Below, piece by piece: positions 18,985-28,519 of a DNA stretch of 64,000 bases. The DNA is taken from positions 30,029 to 94,028 of the IMG/VR virus record IMGVR_UViG_3300017991_000010; one strand, 5' to 3'. Source of the stretch: a virus. Under the pieces are notes generated by a model. The model searched no databases and had not been told where the DNA came from. It saw only the letters and a program-made list of their open reading frames with translations. The position numbers were made by a program, and so were the translations under genes. Within the stretch, counting starts at the first letter, position 1. Every line of letters begins with the position of its first letter.

Positions 18985-18986
18985 GA

Positions 18987-19655
18987 ATGAACCGCAAGAC
19001 CCTCGAGTTCGATCGCAGGACGGTCGAGACCAACCAGCGCGAGTGGACCGGCGAAGGCCTCTGGGAGGCGATCTGGAGGGACCTGCTGCCCCCCGGCGCC
19101 GACGGCCATCTCCTCGACATCGGCTGCGCCGTGCATTGCTGGTCCTGCAGCGACTACAAGGTGATCCGCTGCGACCAGTACGCCACGCGCGATCAGGGCG
19201 GCTGGACCCACTTCAAGACGGGCGACATCAACGGCCGCTGGCCCTACGGAGATCAGTCTTGCGAGGGCGTGATCGCTGTCGAGGTGCTCGAGCACATCGA
19301 AAACGTCTGGCACTTCTACCGCGAGGCAGCTCGGGTCGCGCGCCGCTTCGTGCTGGTGACCACGCCCAACGTCGAGTGCCAGATCAGCCGCCGCCTCTTC
19401 GCCAAGACCGGACACTTGTTCAACTTCTCGCCCGAGGAGCGCGAACGCCACCGCCACATCAGCCCGATCTTCGGCTGGCAGATCGAGCACGCGGCCGAGG
19501 CTGCAGGCTGGCGGATCGAACACATCGGCTACGAGAGCCCCGACCTCGCGAAGGAGCCCCTCGTCAAGTCGACCGTCGATGCGCACCCTGAGCTGTCGCA
19601 CCTCGCGCCGGCGGGCATCAACCAGAGGACCCTCGTTGCCCTATGCGTACGCTAG
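18987..19655 (+). CDS. Class I SAM-dependent methyltransferase
   Basis: LLDIGC, GDIN..WPY, EVLEHIEN, VTTPN. Confidence 0.85.
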   Translation: MNRKTLEFDRRTVETNQREWTGEGLWEAIWRDLLPPGADGHLLDIGCAVHCWSCSDYKVIRCDQYATRDQGGWTHFKTGDINGRWPYGDQSCEGVIAVEVLEHIENVWHFYREAARVARRFVLVTTPNVECQISRRLFAKTGHLFNFSPEERERHRHISPIFGWQIEHAAEAAGWRIEHIGYESPDLAKEPLVKSTVDAHPELSHLAPAGINQRTLVALCVR

Positions 19656-20485
19656 CGATCATCGGACAGGACCGCTGCGGCAGCACGATCCTGGCGCGCA
19701 TGCTCGACCGAGTCCCGGGCCTAGCGTCCGCGGGCGAAGTCCACTGGCTTGTCGACGCGCCCCCTCACCGCCCCCTAGCAACGCGCATTCGGGGCTGGCA
19801 CATCTCGCGACGCTGTATGCGGCACGGCGCGTCCTGCCCCGTCTTCGATGAGCCTTTCATCACGCAGCGCTTTCCCGAGGGGGACTTGTATGCGATCGTG
19901 GCCAAACGGCTCGGGTGCGACACGCTCGTAAGCGCCGACAAGTCGCCCCAGCACTTCGAGCGCTTTACCGAGCGGGGGCAGCCCTTCGGCGTGATCTTGT
20001 ACAAGCGGCCCCAGCGCGCGATCTACTCGCACATGGTCGGCGAGGCGAAGACCTTCGAGGAGGCGCTCGAGGCCTGGCACCGATTCTACGCGCTCGCGAT
20101 CCGCTGGGCGCCTCAGTGGTGTAAGGAGTACGTCGCGCTCTCCTACGAGGACATCGTGCGGTCGCCGGGCTGGAGCGTCTACGCGATCACGCGCATGCTG
20201 GGCGCGCCCCGCACCGAGATCCCCCTCGCGCTCCCCGACGAGTACCACTTCATCGGCGGCAATCGCAACGCGCACCTCTGGGGGCGCATCAGCGAGGACC
20301 GCCGGTGGGAGAAGAACCTGGCCGCGCATCTGCAGGCCCAGGCAGACAAGGACCCCAGGACCAAGCGGATACTGCGCCACCTCGAGCCCCTGCGACGAGA
20401 GAGTCTGCATGGCTGGCGACGCGCACAGGAGGAAGCTGATGCTACCGGGCGTGACGATCGTGATCCCGATCACGCGACTGACTGA
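19643..20485 (+). CDS. Sulfotransferase-like protein
   Basis: IIGQDRCGSTILARML (PAPS 5'-PSB loop), GEVHW, DKSP, LSYEDIVRSP, RWEKNL. Confidence 0.75.
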   Translation: MRTLAIIGQDRCGSTILARMLDRVPGLASAGEVHWLVDAPPHRPLATRIRGWHISRRCMRHGASCPVFDEPFITQRFPEGDLYAIVAKRLGCDTLVSADKSPQHFERFTERGQPFGVILYKRPQRAIYSHMVGEAKTFEEALEAWHRFYALAIRWAPQWCKEYVALSYEDIVRSPGWSVYAITRMLGAPRTEIPLALPDEYHFIGGNRNAHLWGRISEDRRWEKNLAAHLQAQADKDPRTKRILRHLEPLRRESLHGWRRAQEEADATGRDDRDPDHATD

Positions 20486-21302
20486 GGACTATGCGACGCG
20501 CCTGGGCTGCTGCCTGCGCTCGATCTCGCGCCAGACGCTAACCCGCGAGCGACGCGACACGATCATCTCGCTCTGCCTGCAGCCCAGGTCGATCGAGGAG
20601 AAGGCAGACGTGCTATCGGCGCTCCTAGGCGAGGCGATCATCCACCAGGCCTCGATCGTCTGCACCAAGCACATGCTCAACACGGACTACCCCACCGCGC
20701 TCGTGCGCAACATCGGGGGCAGGTGGGGCCGGCGCGAGTACCTGACCTTCGCCGACGTAGACGGCGTGCTCCACCCTGAGGCACTCGAGGTTTCGCTGGA
20801 GCGCCTGGACGCAGCCCCCGAGACGTCGCCCCCCGCCGTGACGTGCATCCAGACGGCGATGACCAACTGGCCCCTGGGCTCGGCTAACTACGAGACGAGC
20901 GACCCTGAGGTCTTCGAGCACCGCTGCAACCAGTTCCCTCTAGCCATCGGCACGGGCTGCTGTACCGTGACGACCCAGCGCGTCTTCGAGTACGTCCGCG
21001 GCTTCGACGAGCGCTACACCTGGTATGGCGCGTCCGACGTCGACTTCACCGACCGACTCGTGCGTGGGGGCTACAGAGTCGAGAACCTGACCGAGACCTG
21101 TGGCTTGATGAACATGCACCAGCACCATGACAGAGGCGATCGCGACAAGGGCCACAGGCTCAGCGAGAAGCGCCGGGCCATGCACGACATCCTCGAGTCC
21201 TCGAAGGGCCAGCTCGTCCGCAACGAGGGCGAGCCCTGGGGCGGGATCGATTTGGCCGCGGATGCGCTTGATGGCTGGCCAAATCCAACGGAAGGATCAT
21301 GA
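20439..21302 (+). CDS. GT2/GT7C glycosyltransferase
   Basis: TIVIPI, VRNIG, FADVD, GFDERYTWYGASDVDF, HQHH. Confidence 0.85.
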   Translation: MLPGVTIVIPITRLTEDYATRLGCCLRSISRQTLTRERRDTIISLCLQPRSIEEKADVLSALLGEAIIHQASIVCTKHMLNTDYPTALVRNIGGRWGRREYLTFADVDGVLHPEALEVSLERLDAAPETSPPAVTCIQTAMTNWPLGSANYETSDPEVFEHRCNQFPLAIGTGCCTVTTQRVFEYVRGFDERYTWYGASDVDFTDRLVRGGYRVENLTETCGLMNMHQHHDRGDRDKGHRLSEKRRAMHDILESSKGQLVRNEGEPWGGIDLAADALDGWPNPTEGS

Positions 21303-22447
21303 GAGTCTACATCCTAGGCATCGACGGGTACATCGGCTGGGCGCTGGCCCAGTACCTCTCCTACCACGGGCACGACGTCCACGGCATGGACAACGGCGCC
21401 AAGCGACGCTGGGCTGCGGGCCTAGGCGCGCGCTCAGTGCTCAAGACGCCGCTAATGTCAGAGCGATTCGCCGCTCTCGAGAGCGCCACGCAGAACCGCG
21501 GCATGCGTCCCTTCTCCGCGCTGAGCTATCACATCCTGCGCAACGAGCTGGCAGCCTTCGCCCCCGACGCGATCGTCAACCTCGCGCAGCAGCCGAGCGC
21601 GCCCTATTCGATGAAGGGGCCCGAGGAGTGCGCCGAGACCAAGCGCAACAATGAGATCGGCATGACCAACGTGCTGTGGGCGATGCGCGAGGCCTGCCCC
21701 GACGCGCACCTGGTCGCGATCGGAAGCATGGGGGAACTCGGCACCCCTCCCTGCCCGATCCCGGAGCCCCCTTTCTCGCTCAGCGTCCACGGTGTGGACT
21801 GGGAGCCTCAGCACTTCCCGCGCTGTCCCTCGAGCCTGTACCACAGCGCAAAGGTGGCGAGCACCCACGACATCGAGCGCGCCTGCGAGTGGTGGGGCCT
21901 GAGCGCGACGGACATCATGCAGGGCGTGGTCTACGGCGTCGATCACCCGGGCAGGTTCGGGGGGCTCTCGGGCAACCCCTCCATCTGGGCAGACGAGTGC
22001 TTCGGCACCGCGCTCAACCGCTTCTGCGCCCAGGCTGCGATCGGGATGCCGCTCACCGTCTACGGCGCCGGGACGCAGCGGCGCGGCTTCTTGCCCCTGC
22101 GCGACAGCCTGCAGTGCCTGCGGCTCGTCCTCGAGAACCCCGCTGAGGGCTACCGCTGCATCCACCAGTTCGATCGGGCCTACCATGTCCTCGAGCTGGC
22201 CGAGGCGGTCCAGGGCGTAGGCAGGCCGATGGGCCTCAACGTCCGCATCGAGCACCTCGACAACCCCCGCTACGAGGCCGAGGAGCACGTCTACTCGCCC
22301 GAGGTGCGCTGGCTCCCCGAACACGGCTACGACCCCGCGGGGGACCTGCACGGCGAGATCGAAGAGATGCTGCGCGTCATGATCGCCAACCGCGAGCGTA
22401 TCGAGGGGATGCGCGGCGTGCTGGCTCCGACGACGCGCTGGCGCTAG
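21299..22447 (+). CDS. sqdB: UDP-sulfoquinovose synthase (SQD1/SqdB/Agl3 family)
   Basis: GIDGYIGW, QPSAPYSM, GSMGE, YHSAK, QGVVYG, FGTALNRFC.QA, PLTVYG, NPR.EAEEH: family-specific motifs along the whole length. Confidence 0.9.
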   Translation: MRVYILGIDGYIGWALAQYLSYHGHDVHGMDNGAKRRWAAGLGARSVLKTPLMSERFAALESATQNRGMRPFSALSYHILRNELAAFAPDAIVNLAQQPSAPYSMKGPEECAETKRNNEIGMTNVLWAMREACPDAHLVAIGSMGELGTPPCPIPEPPFSLSVHGVDWEPQHFPRCPSSLYHSAKVASTHDIERACEWWGLSATDIMQGVVYGVDHPGRFGGLSGNPSIWADECFGTALNRFCAQAAIGMPLTVYGAGTQRRGFLPLRDSLQCLRLVLENPAEGYRCIHQFDRAYHVLELAEAVQGVGRPMGLNVRIEHLDNPRYEAEEHVYSPEVRWLPEHGYDPAGDLHGEIEEMLRVMIANRERIEGMRGVLAPTTRWR

Positions 22448-22491
22448 CCGCCTTTCACGCGCACGACACCTTTCGTGATCACGAACAGTCG

Positions 22492-22500
22492 TGGTACACT
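22492..22500 (+). promoter_or_regulatory. Extended -10 element, leaderless
   Basis: TGgTACACT, 6 nt before ATG 22507. Confidence 0.55.
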
Positions 22501-22506
22501 CGGAGC

Positions 22507-22785
22507 ATGGGCGAGCGCCGACTAGCCGTCATCATGATCTACGCACGCAAAGGCGAAGTCCAGGAGGTGCGCGGGATCGTTGGGCGTGCGATCCGCTCGT
22601 CGCTGGGCGTGCGCCGGTGGCTCGAGGACGACCACTGGGTGGCGTACCATCGGCGCGAGGGCGATCAGTCCCCACGCTACACGCTCTACGTGACCGACGC
22701 AGAGATGGATCGACTGGTGGGCGAGATCGAGGACCTGGAGGTCGGGCTGGGCTGGCGCCTCCCCATCGAGATCTTCCACGACTGA
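22507..22785 (+). CDS. Hypothetical protein
   Basis: ORF with its own promoter, in the operon direction. Confidence 0.6.
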   Translation: MGERRLAVIMIYARKGEVQEVRGIVGRAIRSSLGVRRWLEDDHWVAYHRREGDQSPRYTLYVTDAEMDRLVGEIEDLEVGLGWRLPIEIFHD

Positions 22786-22793
22786 GGTAAGCG

Positions 22794-23438
22794 ATGGCCA
22801 AGTACATCTTTCCGAAGGAGAAGAAGTTCCCCGTCGGGGACAAGGAGCACGAGCGGCGGGCCTACGCCTACGCGCTCGCTGGCCGCATCTCCGAGGACCA
22901 GATCATGCCCGTGTTCCGCTACCTTGCCAAGCACGCCAAGGACGAGGACACGAAGCTCCGGGCCTTGGGCGCGCTGCTCCAGTGGCGCAACTACCAGACC
23001 GGCGACGTCGCCAAGGCCTACGGGGTCGTGCGGCGGAAGGGGGCGCGGCGGAATAGCAGCAAGACCGACTACATGAACTACAAGGCGCGCCTGTGGGACG
23101 GCGTAAGAGCCGCGCAGGAGCTGGATCGCTTCACCTTCATCGTCCTGTTCGTCGCTCGCATGACGCGGCGCAAGGTAGATCGGGACGTGACCGAGGGCTA
23201 CATGGTGCACCGGACTCGCGGCGGCTGGGTCTACGGTTGGGGCACGCGCCCCGACGATTGGCTCAACCGCCCCACCAAGGACGCCTACCGCCTGTACGAT
23301 ATGATCCGTAGGACCCCGCTGAACTTCTACGTGCGACAAGCCGAGGAGTTCAGGATCGATGTTCACGAGAGGCAGCCGTTTGGCACGGCTGACGCGCGGA
23401 AGCGGCGCGCGGTCGAACAGGGAACGGAGGGCTGGTGA
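22794..23438 (+). CDS. Basic two-module hypothetical protein
   Basis: SD GAGG; FPKEKKFPVGDKEH module; RRKGARRN linker. Confidence 0.65.
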   Translation: MAKYIFPKEKKFPVGDKEHERRAYAYALAGRISEDQIMPVFRYLAKHAKDEDTKLRALGALLQWRNYQTGDVAKAYGVVRRKGARRNSSKTDYMNYKARLWDGVRAAQELDRFTFIVLFVARMTRRKVDRDVTEGYMVHRTRGGWVYGWGTRPDDWLNRPTKDAYRLYDMIRRTPLNFYVRQAEEFRIDVHERQPFGTADARKRRAVEQGTEGW

Positions 23439-24016
23439 AACTCCTCTACTCCCTAGGCCTGGGCGCCCTCGTAGCGGCTTTGCTCTCGCGCCTGCACCGA
23501 GCCCGCGTGTCCATCAACAACGGCATCATGGCAGGCCCTGGGGACGTCCGCTACCGCATCACGCCCACGGACCTGCTCTGGACCAAGCGCATGCTCGCAG
23601 GCGAGGTGGGCGAGAGCCCCCCCGAGCGCTCTGCCGCCGCGTGCCTCTGGGCCATGACCAACTACCACATGCTCGTGATCGGGCCCCGCGGCGCCCGGCC
23701 CAAGTTCAGCACCTTCACCGAGCTGCTCCGCGCGTACTCGCAGCCCATCAACTCCGCTTGGGACTCCGCCTCCGACAGCAAGTGCCAGGCCTACCCCTCG
23801 AGCTGCACGCCCGAGCGCCTGGCCCGGCGCGCCCGTATCACGAGAATGACATTGTTTAGTTCTGTGATAGAGAGGGTCGTGTCCGAGTGGTACGCTGGCC
23901 GCCTGGCCAACCCGGTCCCGGGCTTGACCGACTGGCACGCGCGCCACTGGGAGGGGGCGACGGTCGAGGTCGGCGGCAACTGGTTCGGCGTCGGATCGAC
24001 CCGGAGGCTTGCGTGA
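23435..24016 (+). CDS. Membrane-anchored putative cell-wall hydrolase (SleB-like)
   Basis: N-terminal TM; DLLWTKRMLAGEVGE...AACLWAMTN resembles the SleB/Hydrolase_2 catalytic Glu helix. Confidence 0.45.
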   Translation: MKLLYSLGLGALVAALLSRLHRARVSINNGIMAGPGDVRYRITPTDLLWTKRMLAGEVGESPPERSAAACLWAMTNYHMLVIGPRGARPKFSTFTELLRAYSQPINSAWDSASDSKCQAYPSSCTPERLARRARITRMTLFSSVIERVVSEWYAGRLANPVPGLTDWHARHWEGATVEVGGNWFGVGSTRRLA

Positions 24017-24186
24017 CCGAGCTGCAGCACTACCGCTGCCTGACGTGCAGCCACGAATGGGACTGGGCCCCGCAGAGCGGCGATCCAAAACAGGTCCTCC
24101 TGCCCTCTTGCTCCCGGTGTGGCGCCATCTACATCCTGTGGGTGGACTCCGACGGGTGGCGCGAGCGCAACCCACTCAGGTACTAG
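24013..24186 (+). CDS. Small zinc-ribbon protein
   Basis: YRCLTCSHEW...CSRCGA; GTG overlaps the upstream stop. Confidence 0.6.
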   Translation: MTELQHYRCLTCSHEWDWAPQSGDPKQVLLPSCSRCGAIYILWVDSDGWRERNPLRY

Positions 24187-24189
24187 TGC

Positions 24190-24218
24190 TTGCGTAGCTG
24201 TCTCACCTGGTGTATCAT
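24190..24218 (+). promoter_or_regulatory. Sigma70-type promoter
   Basis: TTGCGT-17nt-TATCAT. Confidence 0.55.
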
Positions 24219-24244
24219 CCTGTCTCAGGAAAGGAACCGTGTAC

Positions 24245-24505
24245 ATGCCCGAATCGCCCCTCGTCCCAACCCTGCGAGCCAACCTCGGAAAGCGCGTCAT
24301 GATCATGATGCCTGGAGCGCCGCCGGTCGACGTCCTTGTGCTGGAGGAGACGCCAAGTGGCGCCTGGGTCCTCGAGCTTCAGATCGCAGGCCCCCAGGGC
24401 GTCAACAAGACCGCCATGACCTTCGACCCGACATTCATCGGGGGGATCAGCACCAAGGATGACGAGCTGATCCAAGCCCCTACGGCCCCGCCCCTCATCC
24501 AATAG
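24245..24505 (+). CDS. Small beta protein, possibly Sm/LSm-like
   Basis: SD AAAGGA; helix-LGKRVMI-beta pattern. Confidence 0.45.
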   Translation: MPESPLVPTLRANLGKRVMIMMPGAPPVDVLVLEETPSGAWVLELQIAGPQGVNKTAMTFDPTFIGGISTKDDELIQAPTAPPLIQ

Positions 24506-24506
24506 C

Positions 24507-24539
24507 ACGCCCCCGGGCCCCGTGGTCTGGAGGGGGCGT
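24507..24539. terminator. Hairpin between convergent genes
   Basis: acgcccc...ggggcgt stem. Confidence 0.4.
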
Positions 24540-24595
24540 CGATTTGGCCTGCCGAGAGAAACCGGTAGGCGCCGGGCATGAGATCGACGTCCCCT

Positions 24596-25720
24596 TCAGG
24601 CCCCGGGGTCCTCCTCGCCCTCCCCCAAGTCCCATAGATCTCCAGCACTTGTAGAGCGGTCCAGCTTGTCCCCGTGGTACAGGAGCGTCGTCTGGACGTC
24701 CCGGTGGCCGTGGTAGCGCTGGACCGAGGGCAGGGGCGCCCCGGCGTCGAGGGCCTCGGTGATGGAGGTCGCTCGGAGCGCATGGGGCCCGACAGGCCGC
24801 CCCAGGGCCGCTGAGACGCGCTTGCGGACGATCTTGGTGACCGAGGACGTCGAGAGCGGGAGCGCTCTGTGGACCTTCCCAGCGCCACGGATGACGGGGA
24901 ACAGCACGTCGTCGAGGTCGAGGGTGGCCATGTACTCCGAGAGGGCTCGCTCGAGGTCGCGGGGGACGAGCACGATCTGGCGCTTGTCGCCCTTGCGCCT
25001 GAGCGTGACCTGGAGCCCCCCGTCTGGCGCGCGATCGAAGTCGCCCACGGTCATTTCGGCCGCCTCCTCGCGTCGCAGGCCCATGCGCACGATCGTTCGG
25101 ATCAGCATCCAGTCGCGGTAGCCGATGGGTGTCGTGCGGTCGATCGCGTCCAGGACCTCGCGCACCTGCTCGAGCGGGAGCGGCGGCTGGTGGTAGGCGC
25201 GATCGGGGCGCTTGCGCGTGATCTTCTCGGTGGGCTCGTCGGTGCGCTTGCCTAGCTCGATAGCCTGGAGGAACAGCGAGCGCAGGGCCGAGAGGCGGTT
25301 GTTGATCGTCGAGCGCTCGAAGCCAACCTTCTTGTTGCCCCGCTTGTCGACCATGGGCTTGTTCAGCAGCGCGTTCTCGTAGGCTTGGATCTCGACGGTC
25401 GTGATGTCGCCGACGTGATCGTCCAGCCACGCCAGCGCCTGCTCGGTGACCTCGATGCGGAAGGCGCGCTCGGTGTTGGCCCAGTCGGCCAGGGGGCGCT
25501 CCTCGCGGAAGGCCTGCAAGAACAGCGACGCGTCGACCCAGTTGCGCCGGTAGCGCGCCGCGGTGCCCGCGGGCGCCTGGCCCGTCATGGCCTCCCGGCG
25601 CGATCTGCGGCCCACCTGGGCGTGCTCGGCCTGCTTGGTAGCGCTCTCGCGCAGGGGCTTGCGCCGGACGATCGCGCCCTGGGCTGGGGCAAGCTTGTCT
25701 GTCACTCGGGGAACCTGCAT
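24596..25720 (-). CDS. int: Tyrosine recombinase/integrase (XerC/D-like)
   Basis: RDWMLI...GLRREE, KGDK, HALR, HGH, TTLLY give the full R-K-H-R-H-Y set; start uncertain. Confidence 0.92.
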   Translation of the reverse strand: MQVPRVTDKLAPAQGAIVRRKPLRESATKQAEHAQVGRRSRREAMTGQAPAGTAARYRRNWVDASLFLQAFREERPLADWANTERAFRIEVTEQALAWLDDHVGDITTVEIQAYENALLNKPMVDKRGNKKVGFERSTINNRLSALRSLFLQAIELGKRTDEPTEKITRKRPDRAYHQPPLPLEQVREVLDAIDRTTPIGYRDWMLIRTIVRMGLRREEAAEMTVGDFDRAPDGGLQVTLRRKGDKRQIVLVPRDLERALSEYMATLDLDDVLFPVIRGAGKVHRALPLSTSSVTKIVRKRVSAALGRPVGPHALRATSITEALDAGAPLPSVQRYHGHRDVQTTLLYHGDKLDRSTSAGDLWDLGEGEEDPGA

Positions 25721-25946
25721 GGGGTCTTCTTGACGACGGGGCGTCCGCTGTGGCGCGCTTGTCGGCTGTTGGTGACCAGGTTCGGCATCGCCTGAACGTG
25801 CCCGGACCAGCGCGCATTCACCCTGGGGCCATCGTTCGGTAGGCATCTACGATCGCGAAGGCCCTTGTAATTGGGCGATCGCGCAACTGTAACGGCCCGC
25901 CGCACCTCTGCTGTGTCCTCCGCCAGCTCCTCGATCTCGTCGAACA

Positions 25947-26234
25947 TCAGCAGTCCTCCAGCATCACGTCGGTCTCGTCCGAGCACCACTCCACAGCGGA
26001 CCAGGCGCAGTTGGGCAAGGCCTCGACGCAGTTGTAGTAGTCCATCGTGGCGTTGCGGCATTGCCAGCTGGCGGCCTCACGGTACTCCTCGGGGCAGCGT
26101 CCGACGCAGCGCGCCTCGTCGATCAGGCCGCAGCTCGCGTCGCGCCTGCAGCGGTCCTCGCACGCGTCGATGAACGCGGCCTCTGATGCGCACCCCGTGA
26201 GCGCGGCTACTAGCAGCAGACTAAAGGCTTTCAT
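25947..26234 (-). CDS. Cys-rich lipoprotein
   Basis: Lipobox LTGC; regularly spaced Cys. Confidence 0.7.
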   Translation of the reverse strand: MKAFSLLLVAALTGCASEAAFIDACEDRCRRDASCGLIDEARCVGRCPEEYREAASWQCRNATMDYYNCVEALPNCAWSAVEWCSDETDVMLEDC

Positions 26235-26760
26235 GATACATCTCCTCAATGATCTCGCGATCGTGATCGGTCACCTCGCCCAAAGAGTCAAGCGGACTCG
26301 ACATGATACTGCGCAGATCGACTGTCACGGGCGGTCCAGGATCGTCGTCGAGGCCGAGGGGGCAGTGGCCCAGTTCGTGACGCAAGGCCTGCAGGGCCGT
26401 TGCGCGATCATACGCGTAGTCGGACGCGATGGTAATGACACACCCGAGGATGGCGCCATCGCGAGCGTAGTCGATGTCTGCCCGACCCAGCGCGTCCGGG
26501 TTGGGAATGTACCCCACACCCACGACAACGTCGGAGGCACCCAACGGGGTGTACTCCATGAGGGGCAGACCTACTTGGTCGTTCCACCACTCGGCTGCTT
26601 CCTCCGCAAGGGCGTCCGACATCGTGCCGTCGGTAGTTACGTAGCGCGGGAACGTGCCTGAATGTAACTCGACACCGTCCCGCACAAGGAGTCCGTTGTC
26701 CATCCAGTCGGGGGCACATCCCGCGAGCGCGACGGCTAGAATGATGGCGGCGGTTCGCAT
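26221..26760 (-). CDS. Lipoprotein zinc metalloprotease (matrixin-like)
   Basis: Lipobox LAGC; HELGHCPLGL and SIM Met-turn. Confidence 0.75.
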   Translation of the reverse strand: MRTAAIILAVALAGCAPDWMDNGLLVRDGVELHSGTFPRYVTTDGTMSDALAEEAAEWWNDQVGLPLMEYTPLGASDVVVGVGYIPNPDALGRADIDYARDGAILGCVITIASDYAYDRATALQALRHELGHCPLGLDDDPGPPVTVDLRSIMSSPLDSLGEVTDHDREIIEEMYHESL

Positions 26761-27960
26761 GGCTTTGCCTCCTCCTCTTTGCGCGGGTCCTCGGCGAGTT
26801 CGAGCAGCGCGCGCAGCACATCGGCCAGGTACCCGGCCTTCTGCTTGAAGATCGCTTCCACGCCGTGGCGCTCGTTGTGCTCGTCGCACATGCCGAGCGC
26901 TTGGGTCCACTCCTCGGTCTCCAGGAGCAGCGTGCAGTGCCCCTCCTCCTCGCGGCGGAGCGTGATCGTCCCGCCCACCCTAGTCCGGCTCATCCTTGGC
27001 TCCTTTCACAGCGCAGCTCCTTCCTGATCTCGGCCTGCAGCAGCTTCCAGTTGCACCAGTCCTTCTTGTCCGCCTCGAGCACCTGCTGCAGGAGCGCCTG
27101 TCGCGTCCCTGCGCACGCCTTCCAGGCTGCAGCGGCCCACCGTGCGCTGTCGGTCTCCGTGCCGTCGGGCAGCTTGTAGATCATCCCTCGTCCTCCTTGA
27201 TCAGCCACTCGTCGGCACTGGCCCGAATGGCCCTCGAGATGTTTTTGGTGATCGCGACGTCACGCATGATGAGGGTGGCGTCCCGAACAAGCCCGGTCAA
27301 CGCGCGCACCTTGGCGAGGTCCTGGTCATGCCGCTCCAGCAGCGTCCTGCACAGATCTATGGCGTCTCCCCACGGACCGGAAGCCCCGAGGCTCGTCTCC
27401 AGTCCTCGTAGGACGCGTAGCGTCGGGCGTGCGAGGCGCGCTTCGTTACCGCCGCGAGCCTCCACGAATGCTATGCAGTCCCGAACGGCCTCCAAGGCCT
27501 GCATGCGCTCTTCTTGCTCTCGGGTCATGTCTGGCTTGCTCATCTCCCCTCCAGTCCCTTCTTCGCCTGAATCAGGGCGCGATACTCCGGCGCCCCGCCA
27601 GCGAGAAACGCGGCCAGCTCGGCCACGGTCGAGTCCTCCTTGAGTAGGCGCTCGATCAGGCGGCGCCGTGCCCGGTTGACGATCTCCTTGGCGCGCTTGG
27701 TCGGGTAGTAGCGCATCAGCACGCGGTCGACGAAGCTCGTGACGCGCAACTCGATCGCCAAGTCAGTCGCCCTGAGCAGCATCGCTCCCCTCCTCTTGCT
27801 TGCCATGCACGGGACAGTCGCCTCTGACGTCCCAGCCGTACTTGGTGCCATCGCCCCAGTACCCGCGGCCGTAGTGGTTGTCCCACACAGCGCAGATGCA
27901 CCCGGCCTCTACCGCCTCCTGCGAGCCTGGCGCGCCCCTGGGCCACTGCGTCTCAGGCAT
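26736..27960 (-). other. Run of small coupled hypothetical genes (26736-26993, 26990-27184, 27181-27543, 27540-27782, 27763-27960)
   Basis: ATGA-type overlaps and SD sequences. Confidence 0.6.
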
Positions 27961-28519
27961 CGCGCACCTCGATCACGCCGCTCAGGCCGCGCGCTTGCGT
28001 CAGCTCGTCGATGGCGCGTGCCATGCCCTTGTCGACCTCGACCCACACGCCGCGCTTGAGCTTCTCGACACACACGCGATCGCGCCCGTAGCGCAGCCGC
28101 CGCCGGCCCTCGCCGCGTGTCTTGTCGACGTAGTCGGCCATGGCGTTGACGATGCCCTCGACGTAGTCCATGGTGCGGTAGGTGCTGCCCTCCCATCTGA
28201 GTCCGCGCGTGACGTCGTAGGGGGCCATGTCGCCCGCGTGATGGCAGTCGAAGCCCTCCCAGTTGTACTCGCAGTCCTCCTCACAGACACCTGCGCCGGG
28301 CTTGAGACGGCCGCCGTAGGTGAGCCCCCCATGCGCGATCTCCTCCAGCCCATTGCTGTCGTAGCGCACGCCCTTGGGGATGCCCACGTAGCCGCAGAGG
28401 TGCCCGCCCTTAGGCATGCGGAGGATCAGGCACACCAGCCCGTGACGCACCCACTCCTTGCGGTCGGGCTCGTCGTCCCAGGGCCCTGCGATCCACTTCC
28501 TGGCTTTCTTGACGTTCAT
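27953..28519 (-). CDS. Conserved phage hypothetical protein
   Basis: GPWDDEPD, GHLCGYVGIP, HGGLTY, GFDCHHAGD motifs. Confidence 0.7.
   Translation of the reverse strand: MNVKKARKWIAGPWDDEPDRKEWVRHGLVCLILRMPKGGHLCGYVGIPKGVRYDSNGLEEIAHGGLTYGGRLKPGAGVCEEDCEYNWEGFDCHHAGDMAPYDVTRGLRWEGSTYRTMDYVEGIVNAMADYVDKTRGEGRRRLRYGRDRVCVEKLKRGVWVEVDKGMARAIDELTQARGLSGVIEVRDA

Noticed and set aside
17357-22447. Host LPS/capsule locus or DNA hypermodification cluster
   Set aside because: No flippase, polymerase or export genes and no base hydroxymethylase; embedded among virion genes. The target remains unproven
24506-25950. attP site next to the integrase
   Set aside because: No tRNA fragment, dif-like core or arm repeats that I could support
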